NCBI GenBank assembly: GCA_025603075.1
Contig: MU626355.1
Coordinates: 1-64,000 of the forward strand
DNA from: Neoconidiobolus thromboides FSU 785
Lineage: Eukaryota > Fungi > Entomophthoromycota
Direction of reading: 5' to 3'
Length of the DNA: 64,000 bases
The translations under genes and the position numbers were made by a program. Shown here one piece after another: positions 37,964-50,209 of this stretch. Every line of letters starts with the position of its first letter. Positions within the stretch are counted from its first letter, which is position 1. A model generated the notes under the pieces. The model saw only the letters and a list, made by a program, of their open reading frames with translations. It ran no database searches and was not told the DNA's origin.

Positions 37964-39240
37964 AGTTTTTGCTTAATTATGATGAATTTATTTTTCAAAA
38001 AAAGTAATAATCACTTACAGTATAACTCTGTTAAACTTTAAATATGTAGTGTTTTCTTCAAATTTTATATTTGTAAAGGAAAAATAAAAAATTTAATAAG
38101 AATAAATTTGAAAAATATAAAATACAAATGTCAATCCACATTTACATTAATTAAAGAAAACACTGCAAATTTGAAATTCAATAATTTGTAAACATACATT
38201 CCTGTCCTAAAAAATATCTGATTAGCTTCATTAACAACCTAAAATTTGTCTTTTTTAAAATTGGTTTCATTTAAGTTGGAAAATTGTATAACGTATTGAT
38301 ATATATATAATGAAGCATGATAATAGTAAGTGAGCAAAAAATTATTATTTAATAGTTAGCACATATCTTATTAAGCTTTTTATACATAGTGACCTAAAAA
38401 TAAAACTTATGTTAGAACATAGCTTTTATTGAGACTAATTTTTGCAAATTTTGGTCATTTTAAGAATAAACAAAAAACCTGTCTTTTAAAATAATATGAT
38501 TTATTAAAAAAGCGGGATAATTCAATAAAATTAATATTAAATCATCTATACTTCATTTATGTATATTTTAAATTTTACAAACTACGTTTTACTGATTTTC
38601 ATTCGAGTTTTTATAAATTCCTAGTTATTTTAGCTTAAGGGCCTTTTATAATTTATAAATGATATATTGGAATTGTCCATCTTAAATTGTAATAAAATCG
38701 TAGTTAAACTAGAGATCATCTTTTTTAAATAAGTTAGTATCTAAAGTTTGACTAGTAATAGAAAAATAGTTAAAAAAATAGCGGCACCTAGTCTTATAAA
38801 TACCCCTCTTGAATTTTCAAATAAACACTAGGTCTATGCTAATAATAAATAATAATAATAACATTCTTTTATATTAATGATGTCATTTACAAAATTTATA
38901 TAATAGCTCCTCCATGGCCTAAATCCAACTTACAAAGCTCAATCCTATCACTAAAAACCTTAATGACAACAAACTCATCCCCTATTAATTTTGAATTTAG
39001 CTAAATTCACCTAACCAAAAACCGCAATTGAAGGTTTTTTTAATCTGCTTTACTGCTCATTTAAGAAAAAAGAGGGTTATGTTAAAATTCAACTAAGGTA
39101 TAAAGATGAGGCACTTTAAAAATTAGATATCTAAAATTTAATTATATAAATTACCGCTAAAATGTCATAAAAGAGTTGCAACAGTTGAAATCAAAAAAGT
39201 ATAAAACCAAATCAAAGCTAATAAAACTTAATTTTTTAAA

Positions 39241-40476
39241 ATGAACTTAAGTTTATTTGTAAATCTAGTTTTTTTCTTATCCACAATTGTTTGTTTCAAT
39301 AAAGTAATAGTAGGGTACTACGCCCCATGGGACAAAATAATGCCAGATCAGGTTCCCTATGATAAGTTAACACATATCAACTATGCGTTTGGTACCTTAA
39401 CAAAGCTAACCAATTTAACCGATATCGGCTTTGATATTTATTATGATGGTCCACACTTACGTAACTTAACCAAGTTAGCTAAGAAACATGGAGTCAAAAC
39501 ATTGATATCTTTAGGTGGGTGGACCGGCTCCCAAACATTTTCAAAAATAGTAACAAAAAAGAAGTATCGTACATCTTTCATCAATAATGCTATAAAATTT
39601 TTAAGGAAGAATACTAAAAAAGAGGATATACAGCAAACAGAATGGGATTTAGATGGAATTGATATTGATTGGGAGTATCCAGGAAGAAAAGGAGATTTGT
39701 GTAATATTTATTCAAAAGAGGATTCTAAAAATTATTTAGAATTGTTAAAGGAATTAAGATGTGCATTAGATAAAGAATTCCCACATAATCGAAAATTACT
39801 AACTGCTGCAGTAAGAGTAGAACCATTTGATGGACCTGATGGTAAACCAATGAATGATGTTAGTGAATTTGCTAAACATTTTGATTTTATTAATATTATG
39901 GCATATGACCTAAATGGAGGCAATACTTTTACTGGGTCAAACTCGCCATTAATGGGGGCTAGGAATACACCTAATTCACTTATACAATCTATTTATTCTT
40001 GGCATAAAGCCGGTTTTCCGCTAAACAAAATTTGTGGGGGGCTAGCATTTTATGGCCGAGCACAAACAAGTAAAATAGATATGACTAAGGATAAATCAAT
40101 ACATCAACCAGCAGAATCAACTATTCCAAAGGGGGATAAAGATGATCATAAACAAAAAAATAAAGCATGTTTAGAAGCCCCTGCTCTTTACAATGGATAT
40201 TATCAATATAAAAATTTACGTAAAGATATTTTAAAGAAAGATCCATTTACTCCAAACGCAGAATCTAACTATGTAAGGTATTTTGATAAAGTTAGTTTAA
40301 CGCCATGGCTATTTAATAACAAGACTTATAAGTTTATATCTTATGATGACCCCATTTCAATTCAACTTAAAGTTGATTATATAAGACTAAACAACTTAAA
40401 AGGAATTACATATTGGAACATGGCAGGAGATTTTAATAATGAATTACTTGATATATGCCAAAGACTATTTTACTAA
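39241..40476 (+). CDS. Secreted GH18 chitinase, catalytic domain only
   Basis: Signal peptide, SLGGW, LDGIDIDWEYP (DxxDxDxE), MAYD, FISYDD. Confidence 0.93.
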   Translation: MNLSLFVNLVFFLSTIVCFNKVIVGYYAPWDKIMPDQVPYDKLTHINYAFGTLTKLTNLTDIGFDIYYDGPHLRNLTKLAKKHGVKTLISLGGWTGSQTFSKIVTKKKYRTSFINNAIKFLRKNTKKEDIQQTEWDLDGIDIDWEYPGRKGDLCNIYSKEDSKNYLELLKELRCALDKEFPHNRKLLTAAVRVEPFDGPDGKPMNDVSEFAKHFDFINIMAYDLNGGNTFTGSNSPLMGARNTPNSLIQSIYSWHKAGFPLNKICGGLAFYGRAQTSKIDMTKDKSIHQPAESTIPKGDKDDHKQKNKACLEAPALYNGYYQYKNLRKDILKKDPFTPNAESNYVRYFDKVSLTPWLFNNKTYKFISYDDPISIQLKVDYIRLNNLKGITYWNMAGDFNNELLDICQRLFY

Positions 40477-40534
40477 ATAAACAAACATACAAAAAAAGCT
40501 ATTTTTATTTAAAAAATTTGATAAAACAAAAAAA

Positions 40535-42133
40535 TTATGGGAAATCACAAACAATTGAGCTTCCAGATTGTTTACATACAGTTCCGGAACCGCAAGCGCT
40601 ATTGGTCCATTTGCCAAATACACAACGTTGATAATCAGCACTCTTACCACTGTTTACACATTGGTAAGCACCTTCGCTACATGGTCCACCGGTTGGAACT
40701 GTAGAAGTAGTAGTAGTAACAGGTGGTTGAGTAGTAGTAGTTACTGGAGGTTTGGTAGTAGTAGTAACAGGTGGTTGAGTAGTAGTTACTGGAGGTTGAG
40801 TAGTAGTAGTTACTGGAGGTTGAGTACTAGTAGTTACTGGAGGTTGAGTAGTAGTAGAGGTGACAGGAGGATTGGTTTGACCATCACGAATACCATTAGC
40901 AACATTCAATAATTCATCATTAAAATCTTGAGCCATGTCCCAATACATGACACCACGAAGATTCTTCTTTTTGGCATAATCAACTTTAATCTTAAGTGAT
41001 TGAGGATCATCATAAGAAATAAACTTCTTTTGAGCATTAGAAAATAACCATGGAGTTTGAGTAACATTATCAAAGTAACGGTTGAAACCATTTCCTGGAG
41101 AAAGTGGTCCCCCAGTTAAAATATCTTGACGCAAGTATTTATATTTATAAACACCAGAGTAAAAAGTACCTTCATTACAGAAGAAATTTGGATCATTAGC
41201 ATCTGAAGAATCGCCTTTTGGAGTAACTGAATCTTTTTTAACATATTGATTAGAAGGATCTTTACTCATATCAACTTGTGGAGTTAAAGTACGCCCATAA
41301 AATGCAAGTCCAGAGGTCAATTTATTAGCAGGGAATCCAGCAGCTAACCAATCATCAACACCTTGAGTAAATGAGAAAGGATCTCCACCACGAGCAGTGT
41401 CATAATTGTAAGGAGCGTTTGGACCGGTAGTAGCGGACCATGAACCCATAATATCATAAGCCATAATATTAATAAAATCAAAGTATTGAGCATAAGCAGA
41501 AACATCAGTCATTGGCTTGCCATCTGAACCATCAAATGGCTTAACACGAACAGCAGCAGTAAGCAATTTACGGTCATTTGGAAACTCCTTATCTAAGGCA
41601 GCACGCAATTCTTTAAGTAAGATAAGGTAATTAGCAGAATCATTTGGAGAAAAAACATTGCAAACAGCAGCAGCTCTACCTGGATATTCCCAATCAAGAT
41701 CAATACCATCTAAATCCCAACCATCTGGGTTTGTTTCCCAATCTGGTTTAGTATTTTTACGTACAAAGACTAAAGCATTATCAATGAATTTAGCACGTAA
41801 AGCAGGAGAAGCAGCAACGGTAGAGAAAGTTTGAGAACCTGTCCAACCACCAATGGAAATTAAAACTTTAACGCCTTTGGCAGCAGCTAAGGTTTTTAAT
41901 TTACGAATACGATTACCATCATAGTAACGATCAATGAAAATAGAAGTTGGATCATCTTTTTTATAAAGTACACCGAAACCATAATTGATATGAGTTACTT
42001 TACTGTAACTTAAAGCTTCAGGTTCAACTTTACCCCAAGGTACATAGTAACCAACGACTACTTTGTCTTGAGATAAAACAGCAGAGAATAAACTGGATAA
42101 AGCAATTAAAAGGGAAGAAGCAAACACTTTCAT
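40535..42133 (-). CDS. Secreted GH18 chitinase with Pro/Thr linker and C-terminal CBM19-like chitin-binding module
   Basis: SIGGW, LDGIDLDWEYP, MAYD. Seven PPVT(T/S) repeats. C-terminal CSEGAYQC..YQRCVFGKW...CGSGTVC. Confidence 0.93.
   Translation of the reverse strand: MKVFASSLLIALSSLFSAVLSQDKVVVGYYVPWGKVEPEALSYSKVTHINYGFGVLYKKDDPTSIFIDRYYDGNRIRKLKTLAAAKGVKVLISIGGWTGSQTFSTVAASPALRAKFIDNALVFVRKNTKPDWETNPDGWDLDGIDLDWEYPGRAAAVCNVFSPNDSANYLILLKELRAALDKEFPNDRKLLTAAVRVKPFDGSDGKPMTDVSAYAQYFDFINIMAYDIMGSWSATTGPNAPYNYDTARGGDPFSFTQGVDDWLAAGFPANKLTSGLAFYGRTLTPQVDMSKDPSNQYVKKDSVTPKGDSSDANDPNFFCNEGTFYSGVYKYKYLRQDILTGGPLSPGNGFNRYFDNVTQTPWLFSNAQKKFISYDDPQSLKIKVDYAKKKNLRGVMYWDMAQDFNDELLNVANGIRDGQTNPPVTSTTTQPPVTTSTQPPVTTTTQPPVTTTQPPVTTTTKPPVTTTTQPPVTTTTSTVPTGGPCSEGAYQCVNSGKSADYQRCVFGKWTNSACGSGTVCKQSGSSIVCDFP
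40701..40870 (-). repeat. Coding tandem repeat (21-27-nt units) for the PPVTTTTQ mucin-like linker
   Basis: About 7 units of CCWCCWGTWACTACT...CAA on the minus strand. Confidence 0.9.
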
Positions 42134-44030
42134 AGTTTGAATTAAAATAAATAAACAAAAACTGAAATATTTTTAATGATTAAAGGTTGATTTCAAGTTT
42201 ATTTATATACCATTTTTCAAAAAAGAGGATTTACTAGCAATTGCTTATTTACTATTAATAATAATCGTAGTTAGTATTTTTTAAATGACTGAATTTGTCA
42301 TTAAACCTATTATTCTACTTCTCCTTACTTTTAATCATTTGATTTAAGTATTATTATCATTTTACTATTTTTATATTTATAATGAGTAACCAGCTGAAAT
42401 AGTCATTGATGTTAATGACATTGACTTATAACCAGAACGTTAATAAAAAGGTAATTTTAATTTTAATAGGTTTTAACCAAGGATTTTATTTTGTATTTGC
42501 TCTATTTTTTATATAATAAAAGTAAGAATAAGTGAACAAACAGATAATAATAAGTCTTATTCTTATATTTATTAAATTTATTATTTTAAACAAGTTTAGT
42601 GGACTTTAACTATAATTAGTCACTTTGTCTTAAAAACTTTTAAACTTGATATTTTTTATAAAAAAAGATAAAAAATGCCAATTTATAAAAGAGAATTCTT
42701 CCATATTTGGTTGAACTCAAGCTTATTCAAAAGTAGCGGAATTATCCGTTTAAAATATAATCTTTTGTTGAATCACTGGGTAAAACTCTTCAGCTCCACT
42801 AATCTCTCAGCTTTCTTTTTAAAACCTTATCTTTTCTTGATGAGCATTAACCTTAAATCATTCAAATATCCTTGTTTATTTACAATACAAAACCCCTTTT
42901 TTCGGTCGAATTATTAATAAATGTTTTGGGCACTACTTTTGTTATTGTTAATACTTTATTGTACTTAAATTTCATGAAAATTATACAAAAATCAGAAATA
43001 TAAAAGTAAATTTAATATAGCTATGCAATAATAATAAACAAACTTTGACTGTTACATTAAATATTAAATAATAAATAATTCTTAATAGTAGATCATACTC
43101 ATTTAATAATAATAAACCCATCTATAAATGCGAAAAAAGGATTAAATAATAATAATAATATAAAAATCATATTACATAAATTGGAAGCTTCGTTTTTAAA
43201 TAATTATTACACTATGCTATTACCATTATACTTTATTTAGTATAATGCTTTTTTATTATATATTAATTTAAAGTCATTATTATTTTTATGGTTGTTATAA
43301 GGTTTCTATTTTGAATAGAAAGTAAGTTAAGTTGAAGATAACATTTTTAACACGGTTACTATATGGTTCAATTGTTAGCATTTAGTTAAAATATTAATCG
43401 ACTTTTTTTAATTGTTTACTAAAACTTGGTAAGTTTAATTTTTTTATAAGGACTATCTTATGTCATTACCCTATTAAAATTATAATAAATTATAATCGGT
43501 AAAAAATAATAATAGAAAATAATAAAAATATGGCGCTTTAATATTATATAAAACTATTCTTTAATACAAGTCAATAGAAACCTAAGTTTGTTTTTTAGTT
43601 TTTGTTTCTTATAAAAATTTTACATTAAAAAAGACATTCTAGATGTTGATTTTTTATTTCCCTTAAATTTAGTCTTATAAAACTTGTAATATTCAATTTT
43701 AATCCGATTTTTAAATATCTATTAATATTTTTTTATACTACTTTAAAATATAAGATCCTTTCAAAAATAACAAGAATTTTTGGATTAAAAAATTAGAGCT
43801 AGTTATTGATTGCGACAGTAATTAAGATTTATGTCTAAAAACAAAAACAATTTGATAACAAAAATAACTTAATGTTGTAATTAGGTATTCTTACCGGGAT
43901 TTTTCATTTGAAAGAATTATAGTTTCTTTTAAAATAATTGTATATTTCTATATTTTAAAATTCAAATTCAATATATCAAATAAAAATTCTAAAGTAATTA
44001 AATAAAATAAGATATTTGAATTTAATTTTA

Positions 44031-44136
44031 ATATGAGGATATATCTTTTTGTTTAAGAATTTTACTAATAATCTTTCCATTTAAATAGCGCTTAAAAAAA
44101 TGGAAAGTAATGAAATCAAAAAAAACATCCCTATAT
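44031..44136 (-). mobile_element. Hairpin/MITE-like repeat, copy 11 (reverse)
   Basis: ATATGAGGATATATC...TTTCCATTTAAATAGCGCTT...AAAACATCCCTATAT. Confidence 0.75.
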
Positions 44137-44581
44137 CTTAAAAAGAATTCAATTTTTAATATTTTCTATGAATATAGCTTTATTTTTATTAATAATTGTT
44201 TTAATATTAAAAATCAGTTTAATAAAATAAAATAAAATAAAATAATAATAATATTAAATATTATTTTAAAGTTAACTTATTCGAATTATTTTTAATATTT
44301 TATTGATTTTATATCAATTTCAATATTTATTTTTATTCTTTATATTTTTAATAATATTATTTTATAATAACTTTTATTTTTAAACTGAGTTGATATTAAT
44401 TTTCCAAAAAAATAAATAGAAAATAAAATCTAAACTAAAAACTACAAACTATATAAAACATAATTTTTTTAATTAAAACATTTTAATAAATCAAATTATT
44501 ATACAAACATGAAAATTAATTTAAACTCGCTTTTATTCAAAAAATAAGTTCATTCTCTATACTCCTTCTTCTTGTCCTCTT

Positions 44582-46656
44582 TTACTCCTCAAATAATTGT
44601 TTCTCCCACATTTCTTTATATACGCCATTTTCAATTTTAATTAGTTCATTATGATTACCACTTTCTATTACTTGACCATTTTTAATACTAAAATAAAGTA
44701 AAAAATAATTAATATAAATTTATAAATTATCTATTCTATCAATTAAATATTATTTTCAATCTTTTTTCTTACCATAAAATAATATCTGAATTAACAATAG
44801 TAGATAATCGATGAGCTATTATTAACGTTGTTTTTCCTTTAATTATAGTATTAAATGCTTCTTGGATTTGTCTTTCAGTGGTACTATAATAATAATTAAA
44901 AATAAGTAAATTCAAGATAATAATAAATTCTTTTCTTACGTATCTAAAGCGGAAGTAGCTTCATCCAATAAAAGTATTTTTGGATTTTTTAATATTGTTC
45001 TAGCTAAATAATATATATATATAAATTTAAGTAACTAATAAAAAAATTTCAAAAATTATAATATTACCAATAGCTACTCTTTGTTTTTCCCCTCCCGATA
45101 ATCTTAATCCTCTTTCCCCAACAATTGTATCATAGCCTTGTGGAAATCCCATAATTTTTTCATGAATTTGGGCCATTTTAGCTGCTTCATAGATTTCTTC
45201 ATCACTAGAATTAGGTTTGCCATAACCGATATTATACTTTATAGTTTCATTAAATAATACTGTATCCTATTAAGAAAAAAGAATAAAATTAATATATATT
45301 AAGGTGTATATATTGAATACATAATAAGACAATAAATAATATATTATTATTACTTACTTGTGGTACAACACCAATAAAATTTCTTAATGAATTTTGTTGA
45401 ACTTGATTAATATCTTGGTTATCAATTAATATTTGACCAAATTGACAATCATAAAATCGAAATAATAATTTTAATATAGTTGATTTACCACCACCTGATG
45501 GACCAACTAAAGCTACTCTTTGTCCATTTAGTATTTTAAAATTAATTGAATTTAATATTTGTTTATCTTCATTATATTTAAATGATACATTTTCTATTAA
45601 AACATTATTAAAATATTATTAAAATATTAATTATTATAATTATAAACTTACTAAATTCAATTTCTCCTTTAGTTACATTTAATTTTAAACTATTTTGATT
45701 ATCTTTGACACTTTGTTCTTGATTTTTTAACTCAATCATTTTCTCCATATCAATCATATTTTGTTGAATCATTCGATATAATGTGCCAAAAAAATTTAAC
45801 TAAAAAATACATAAATAAACAAACTATAAGCAATTAATATACAAATAAACTTACAGGTACTGATAATTGTAATAGATAAGCATTAAAGTAAACAAAATCA
45901 CCTATTTTTTTAGTCCCTAAAATAAAATAAAATAATTAATATTTGTTATCTTCTTATTTAATTAAAATTTTTACCTGTTGTAATTTGATATGAACATAAT
46001 AGAGAACCCAATAATAATGCTAATGTGAGTATAATATTTTGTACTAAATTTAATATTGGTAATGAAGCACTATTTTTTTGATCTGCTTCTAAATATTTTT
46101 TCATTGCAATTTCATATCGTTCAACTTCATAATTTTCTGCATTAAAATATTTGACTGTTTCAAAATTTAATAGAGAATCAACAGCAATGCCGTTGACTTT
46201 ATTATTAAGTTCATTCATATCTCTTCGAAATTTAGTTCGCCATTGAGTGATTGCTATAGTTATATAAATATATATACTCATTGATATTAATATAATAATA
46301 GAATAAGACATATCAAAATCTATTAAAATAACAATAAGTGCAATAATAATATCCATAATTGTTGGGAAAATAGAAAACAATAAATAGTTCATCAAAGAAA
46401 CGATACTAGAAGTACCACGATCCTATATTATTAATTATTAAATTAGAATAATTTAAATTGAATTTACCATCATTCTTAATATTTCACCTGTTTTACGTTT
46501 AATATGAAATTCTAATGATAAACTGAAAATAAATATTAATTATTATTAAATTATTATTAAATTATATTCAATAGCTTACGAATGAAGATGTGAAAACATA
46601 TCAATTGAGACTGAATTAGTAACATACTAATTTAATAGAAATAAAAGTTATATTAA

Positions 46657-46749
<93 letters not shown>

Positions 46750-48017
46750 GTGATAATAATAATAAATCTTACTTGATTAATTGGAATTAATACCCAAGAT
46801 TGTAATGAAGATATTAAACCATTCTAAAAATAAATTAAGCTAAAAATTAAAAATCAAATCATTAAACTTACATTCCCCTGTAATAATTTTAAACCACCAT
46901 AAATAATAACCGAAATATAAATATTTTGTTTATTATTTTTATCTATAATAAAAATATATAATAAATTAATAAATATTACAAGTAATAATATGACATATTA
47001 TTGTTCTTACCTAAATAATCACTTTCATTTAATTGGTCAATTATAATTTTATATTGTTTAGGAGTCAATGGATTAACAATTAATCTCATTACTAATAATA
47101 TTAAAGCTAATATAATAAATAACTGTAATTTTAATTGATTTTTTGGCCAATAATAAGGTAACACATGTTTCAATTGATTAATAAAACTTAAACTATTATT
47201 GTTATTAGTTCTAGCTGAAGTAGTACTGGTAGTATCGACAATAGTTGGGATATTGTTAATTGGAATAAAATAACAATCAAATGGAAAGTCATATTTATAT
47301 AACCAGATAAAAGAAATAATAGTATAAATTATTAAAAACAAAAATTGCAATAAATTAATAATACTGAATAATAATAATATGCTTTCTTTTGAATTATTGT
47401 TATTATCTATATAATATAAAATAGAATTAAAATAGAATTAAAATAGAATATTAATTACCTTTTAACCAAGTTAAAAAGAACAAGACTAATGGAATATCAC
47501 TTAACAATTTAAATCCACTCCACCAATATATTAACCAAGCATAATTAATAGTCAAGAATAAATTAAATTCAATTAATAAAATAAAACAAATTAAACACCA
47601 ATTAAATAGATTGATCATAATAATTAATACATAAATTGTATTAACCCATTGCTTATTATATAAACTATATACTATTATTATTAATATTGGCATTAAACTT
47701 AATATTAAATTAATACTAATTAATATTATTATTGGTAATTTGATATTAGGAATAACAGTAGTTGCCATCATTGTATTGTTATTATTACTTGTATATATAT
47801 TACCATTATTGTTGTTATTATTTCCATTACTATTAATTAATAATGGGGTTGTTTCATTATTATTAATACCATTTTTTAATTGAATATGTGTAGTAAACCA
47901 AAAAGGTAAATACCTTTTAAAACTTAATAATAAAGTAATTAAAAACAATAAAATGGAACATGCTAAATGATATTTTATATTTAAATCATTATTAAATATA
48001 GGTGTTATTTCATTCAT
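44582..48017 (-). CDS. HMT1: ABCB6/Hmt1-type ABC half transporter with N-terminal membrane extension (multi-exon)
   Basis: [26 protein letters not shown] in the [31 protein letters not shown] and AHRLST in the NBD. Ends [10 protein letters not shown] (stop 44582-44584). The extra N-terminal TM region favours HMT1 over mitochondrial ATM1. Confidence 0.82.
46654..46764. repeat. Compound (TAAA)n-(TAA)n microsatellite in an HMT1 intron
   Basis: Directly visible. Confidence 0.95.
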
Positions 48018-48215
48018 TATTATTTCTATTGAATCTAAAAAATAAAAATAAAAAATAAAAATAATAAAAATAATAAAAATAATTCATAAAAGTGACCGTT
48101 TTTGAAATATGAAATTTATTTGATTGGTGGAATTGAAGTTTAAACGTACTGATTAGAAATAATGAAAATAGGAATCAAAAGGAGAACAATAAATAAGTAA
48201 TCTAATATTATAATA

Positions 48216-49757
48216 TTAATTATAAATGATTTTCTTTGACTTAATAGAACTATTATTACGATTATTACTTTCATAAATCCTACTATTAATATACTCCAAC
48301 TTTTTATATTTATTAAAATAATAGTGATAATCTTCATAACTTTCTCTTTTAGTATTAATAAATTGTAGTTGATCAATTAATTCATCTTCATAATCATGAG
48401 ATAATTCCCAAAACATTACTCCCAATAGCCCAATTTTATTAGCATAATCCACTTTTAATTTAATCGATTCGATATCATCATAGCTAATAAATTTATTTTG
48501 TTGACTATTAAATAACCAAGGAGACATAGTACTATTATCCCAATATTTTTTATACCCGTTAATGACTTTGTAATTATTATTATTATATTGACTAACAACG
48601 TCTAAATCTTCATTATTTGTATTAATTGATTCTTCATTTGCATTCTCATTACTATTCTCATTAACAACATTATTAACTATATTATTGTGATTATTAACTA
48701 TATTATTATTATTGTTATTATTCACTAGACTAATAGTATTAACATTATTATTGACAATAATATCTTTTCTAATAAATTTATATTTATAAATACCAGAATA
48801 AGTACTTCCTTCATTACAATAAAAATTAGGTTCATTACTGTCACTTTCATCTCCTTTTGGAATTTCTTTTGCCTTATTGACAAAAATTTTATTTGGATTT
48901 AAACTCATATCTTCTGTAGTTAAAAAAGTTCTTCCATAAAATGGCATACCCACTGTAATTTGATTAATTGGAAACTTAGCTTGAATCCAATTATCTATTG
49001 ATTCTATAAATGAAAACGAATTTTTATCAATCTTCTTATGTAATAAGAAAGGTGAATTAGGTCCTGTTGTGTCTGACCATGGGCCCATAGAATCATAAGC
49101 CATTATATTAATAAAATCAAAATATTTAGCATAACTACTAACATCTTTCATTGGCTGACCATAACTATTATCAAATGGTTCACATCTTACTGCTGCTGTT
49201 ATTAATTTCTTTTCCTTTGTAAATTCCTTATCTATACTTTCCCTTAATTCCTTTAATAATTTCAAGTAATTCTCACTATCTTGAATATCATAACTATTGC
49301 ACATACTACCTTTTCGTCCTGGATATTCCCAATCAATATCAATGCCATCAAATCCCCAACCATTCGGATTTTCTTCCCATTCAGGTAATGTATTCACTCT
49401 TAAATATAATAAACAATTTTCAATAAACCTTTTTCTTTCCTCTTTATCCCTAACAATTAAAGACATTGTTTGTGAGCCTGTCCAACCACCAACCGATAAT
49501 AATACTTTAACATTATGTTGTTTTGCTAAAGTAATAATCTTTTTAATTCGATTACCATCGTAATACCGATCAATTTTAATCTCACTGACATTCTTTTTGT
49601 TCGTTAAAATACCAAATCCATAATTAATATGTGTTAATTTTTTATATGGAATATTTTCCGGTTCTAATTTACCCCATGGGACATAGTAACCAACAATCAC
49701 TTTTTTAGTACTGAAAATGAAGGGAAGTAATGACAGTAAAAATAACAATAACTTCAT
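48216..49757 (-). CDS. Secreted GH18 chitinase with Asn-rich insertion
   Basis: SVGGW, FDGIDIDWEYP, MAYD. Poly-Asn segment between RKDI and GYKKYWD. Confidence 0.9.
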   Translation of the reverse strand: MKLLLFLLSLLPFIFSTKKVIVGYYVPWGKLEPENIPYKKLTHINYGFGILTNKKNVSEIKIDRYYDGNRIKKIITLAKQHNVKVLLSVGGWTGSQTMSLIVRDKEERKRFIENCLLYLRVNTLPEWEENPNGWGFDGIDIDWEYPGRKGSMCNSYDIQDSENYLKLLKELRESIDKEFTKEKKLITAAVRCEPFDNSYGQPMKDVSSYAKYFDFINIMAYDSMGPWSDTTGPNSPFLLHKKIDKNSFSFIESIDNWIQAKFPINQITVGMPFYGRTFLTTEDMSLNPNKIFVNKAKEIPKGDESDSNEPNFYCNEGSTYSGIYKYKFIRKDIIVNNNVNTISLVNNNNNNNIVNNHNNIVNNVVNENSNENANEESINTNNEDLDVVSQYNNNNYKVINGYKKYWDNSTMSPWLFNSQQNKFISYDDIESIKLKVDYANKIGLLGVMFWELSHDYEDELIDQLQFINTKRESYEDYHYYFNKYKKLEYINSRIYESNNRNNSSIKSKKIIYN

Positions 49758-50209
49758 GAGTTATAATAACTTAAATTCTAAATAAAAATAAGAGTCTTTA
49801 AAAAATCAAATTTTTTATAATGTTATGTTTTATATTAATTTCCTATTAAATTTATCAGTTAATTTTGGCTATTTCTTGTTTTTAAACTAATTATATGTTT
49901 CAATAATTTCATAAATTAACTTGAAAAATTCAATTTATAAACATTCAACAGTTCCAAAATCAAATAAAACCAAACATTAAAAAAAACGTCATACTATCAA
50001 TAAAATAAAAATATATCAAACATTAAATAAAGCGTCATGTTATTTGGAATTATAAAATATCAAAATATCAAAATATCAAATATAATGTCATACTTATTAT
50101 AAATAGAAAAAATTAATTAATATGTTATATATATCTCAAATACAAATACAAATACAAATAAAATTCCATTCAAAAAATTCCATCCAAAAAACAATCAAAT
50201 AACACTAAT

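Noticed and set aside
40568-40912. ORF with SSSYWRL repeats
   Set aside because: Antisense shadow of the chitinase Pro/Thr linker.
42675-42960. 80-aa ORF and purine-rich opposite strand
   Set aside because: No motif; the opposite strand is full of stops. Cannot support a gene or a named relic.
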